Part shown: positions 9,317 through 11,215 of the stretch, piece by piece
Numbering within the stretch: the stretch's first letter is position 1
How the letters are laid out: each line of letters begins with the position of its first letter
Program-made: the position numbers and the translations under genes
Notes under the pieces: model-generated
Told to the model about the DNA's origin: nothing
Seen by the model: the letters and a program-made list of their open reading frames with translations, nothing else
The model's database searches: none
Assembly (NCBI GenBank): GCA_016748015.1
Contig: JAAOMT010000108.1
Coordinates: 1 to 11,215 of the forward strand
Direction of reading: 5' to 3'
Origin: Geosiphon pyriformis uo1
Taxonomy: Eukaryota; Fungi; Glomeromycota
Length of the DNA: 11,215 nt

Positions 9317-10201
9317 CCCAACTCGCCTCCAGGCCCAAAGCCAACATCACTATTAGAAGCCATGTTAACCCCACCAACTAAACACCACAATAAACCCACG
9401 GGACCAAAGAAGCAGTTTGGGATACACAACCAATTTCCAACAGGATAACCATCACCAACAAATCTCAACATCTATTACACCACCACAGCCCCATAAGTAC
9501 AACTACAAATATAGAGTGGGACAGATCAACAAACCACATAAACCAGATGCCAAACCTATCATGGGTACCCATCAGCAAGTGGGTAACAAGCATAGACCAT
9601 CAAGACTACCCCCAAAGACAGACCCAAATCTAGGGGGTAAACACCCACAACAACAACCACAACCACCATCATCGGGGGAGGGCAGAGATTGGACAAGGGA
9701 GAGACAAGGGGTGGGGAGGTGAGAGGATGGACGGGTAAAGGTGATCACTGATCCCAGTGAACCACATGATGTACCCCCAAGAGTGGAATTGGTAGGATGG
9801 TAGGATGTAAAGGGGATGTGAGGGGATCTGGGGTATGCCGCACACCCACCCAAACAGAAGCGGGACGATGGGAGTCGCGACAGATACGAAAGGGGGGAAA
9901 TAGTATAGGCCGATAGTAAATGGAGGAGATGCCGAGATCGCCCGCCAACCCCACCTAAAGATCCGAACCCCCAACCCTAAATCACAAAACCGGGGGGAAG
10001 CCAAGGGGAGGATCCCTTTATCCCAGAGGACCATCAGGTGCCCCACAACAGAGCAAATATGGAGAATGGGGGGTGAGAGGTAATATGGGTGGATGCCGCA
10101 ACCTAACTGGGGAAATCACCGCCTATAGCTCCCCCCTCAGAAATTGGGGGGGGCAGAAGGGGGGGAGTAGTAAAGAGGACCATTATCCCCAGATTCCCTT
10201 T

Positions 10202-11215
10202 AGCCCTAAATAGTAACAAGATCAAGGGGAGTCCCCTCTATACCCATGTAGTACTCTAGGAGAGTTATGTAGTATACAATATAGCCCTATAGAAGTGATA
10301 CCTATATCCCTATTCTACAAATATACCAAGAGTCCCCCTCAGAGAGTGTAGTACAAAGTAGAGCAACACTTATACCCTTTTAGAAGTAGGGTAATAGCAA
10401 ATAGAACACAATCCTCATCTGGCCTATTCAACGACTATATAGAAGGATCCTAGTAGGTACCCTATGTAGAGTACTAGAGTATCACTCTAGAGTATGATCC
10501 TATCCCTTTATACCCATAAATCTAGAGTCCACTATGTAGTCCACTAGTCTACCATCTCCTAAGATCCCCCACTACAGAGGAAAACTAGGTAGGATCACTC
10601 AGGAGAGTGGATAGATAGTAGTCACGAATAGAGGAGTCCCTAGAGTAATAGTGTTAGACCCTCAGGAGTATTACCCTTATACCTATAGAGACCAGTATAG
10701 AGTCCACTAGGGTATCCAATAGGGTTAGATCAAAGATTTCTAGAGAGTACCGGGAGTCCCCTATATATCCCGGATCCCTTGTAGAGTAAAACCAGTGTAT
10801 AATCCCAGGTAGTCATAGTATATATACTACCCAACCCATAGTCTACCTAGTGTCCCTAATAGTCCCAAGATGGAGTACTAGTATATAGAGACTACCATTA
10901 TTACCATCCGCCCACTTCACTCGTAGTCCACTTGAGAGTACCATTATACCATTCGAGGACCATCTAGCCGGAGACCCATATCCTAATATAGAGTATAATC
11001 ACAAATGTAGTCACCATAGAGAGTAGTACCATATCCCCTATATAGTAACTAGGAAGAATTCAATACCTAATTAACATACTACCCTAGAGTCTCGTTACCA
11101 CAAAGATAGTCCACAGTATCCGACCTTTAGAGTAGAGTACCATATTACCAGACCCAAATAGTAAAAGATCTCCATTTTAGAGTACCTATATAGTCCTATT
11201 CTACCTATTGAGTCT
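10202..11215. repeat. Start of second copy of the word-mosaic region
   Basis: Corresponds to 2265-3278 at offset 7937. Confidence 0.9.

Larger units (their letters stand above)
7805..10200 (-). other. Unique ~2.4-kb cassette, probably coding on the minus strand (positions 1-2263 are a partial second copy)
   Basis: The word vocabulary largely disappears here and CG/GC dinucleotides reappear. The minus strand is T-rich and A-poor and gives L/V/G/W/F/C-rich peptides, as in many divergent mitochondrial coding strands. Confidence 0.6.
7938..11215 (+). repeat. Long direct repeat, copy 2 (truncated by window end)
   Basis: The 7,937-bp offset to 1-3278 is the same at both ends, so there is no net indel. 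I found no mismatch in spot checks, but did not align base by base. Confidence 0.98.

Noticed and set aside
1-11215. LTR retrotransposon with very long LTRs
   Set aside because: The repeat reaches both window edges, an ORF crosses the junction seamlessly, and the intervening sequence has no gag/pol remnants.

Overview
There is no recognisable prokaryotic or viral gene in this window. It holds about 1.41 copies of one 7,937-bp unit: bases 1-3278 recur at 7938-11215 with a constant offset, which means a circular molecule read past its junction or a head-to-tail tandem. The unit has two parts. The first is a ~5.5-kb non-coding region (~2265-7804) built from a small, shuffled vocabulary of 6-18-nt words (AGAGTCCC, AGAGTACC, AATCTACC, TAGTGTAATACC, CCTATGGAGT). 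The second is a ~2.4-kb unique cassette (seen contiguously at 7805-10200) whose minus strand is T-rich and translates into hydrophobic peptides. These frames lengthen when TGA is read as Trp and carry weak motif resemblances to mitochondrial respiratory proteins (Cob, Nad3, Nad2/4/5), scattered over different frames. My best interpretation (inference, not proven) is a mini-chromosome of a multipartite, very divergent eukaryotic mitochondrial genome whose genes are fragmented, edited or recoded. No gene assignment is secure.
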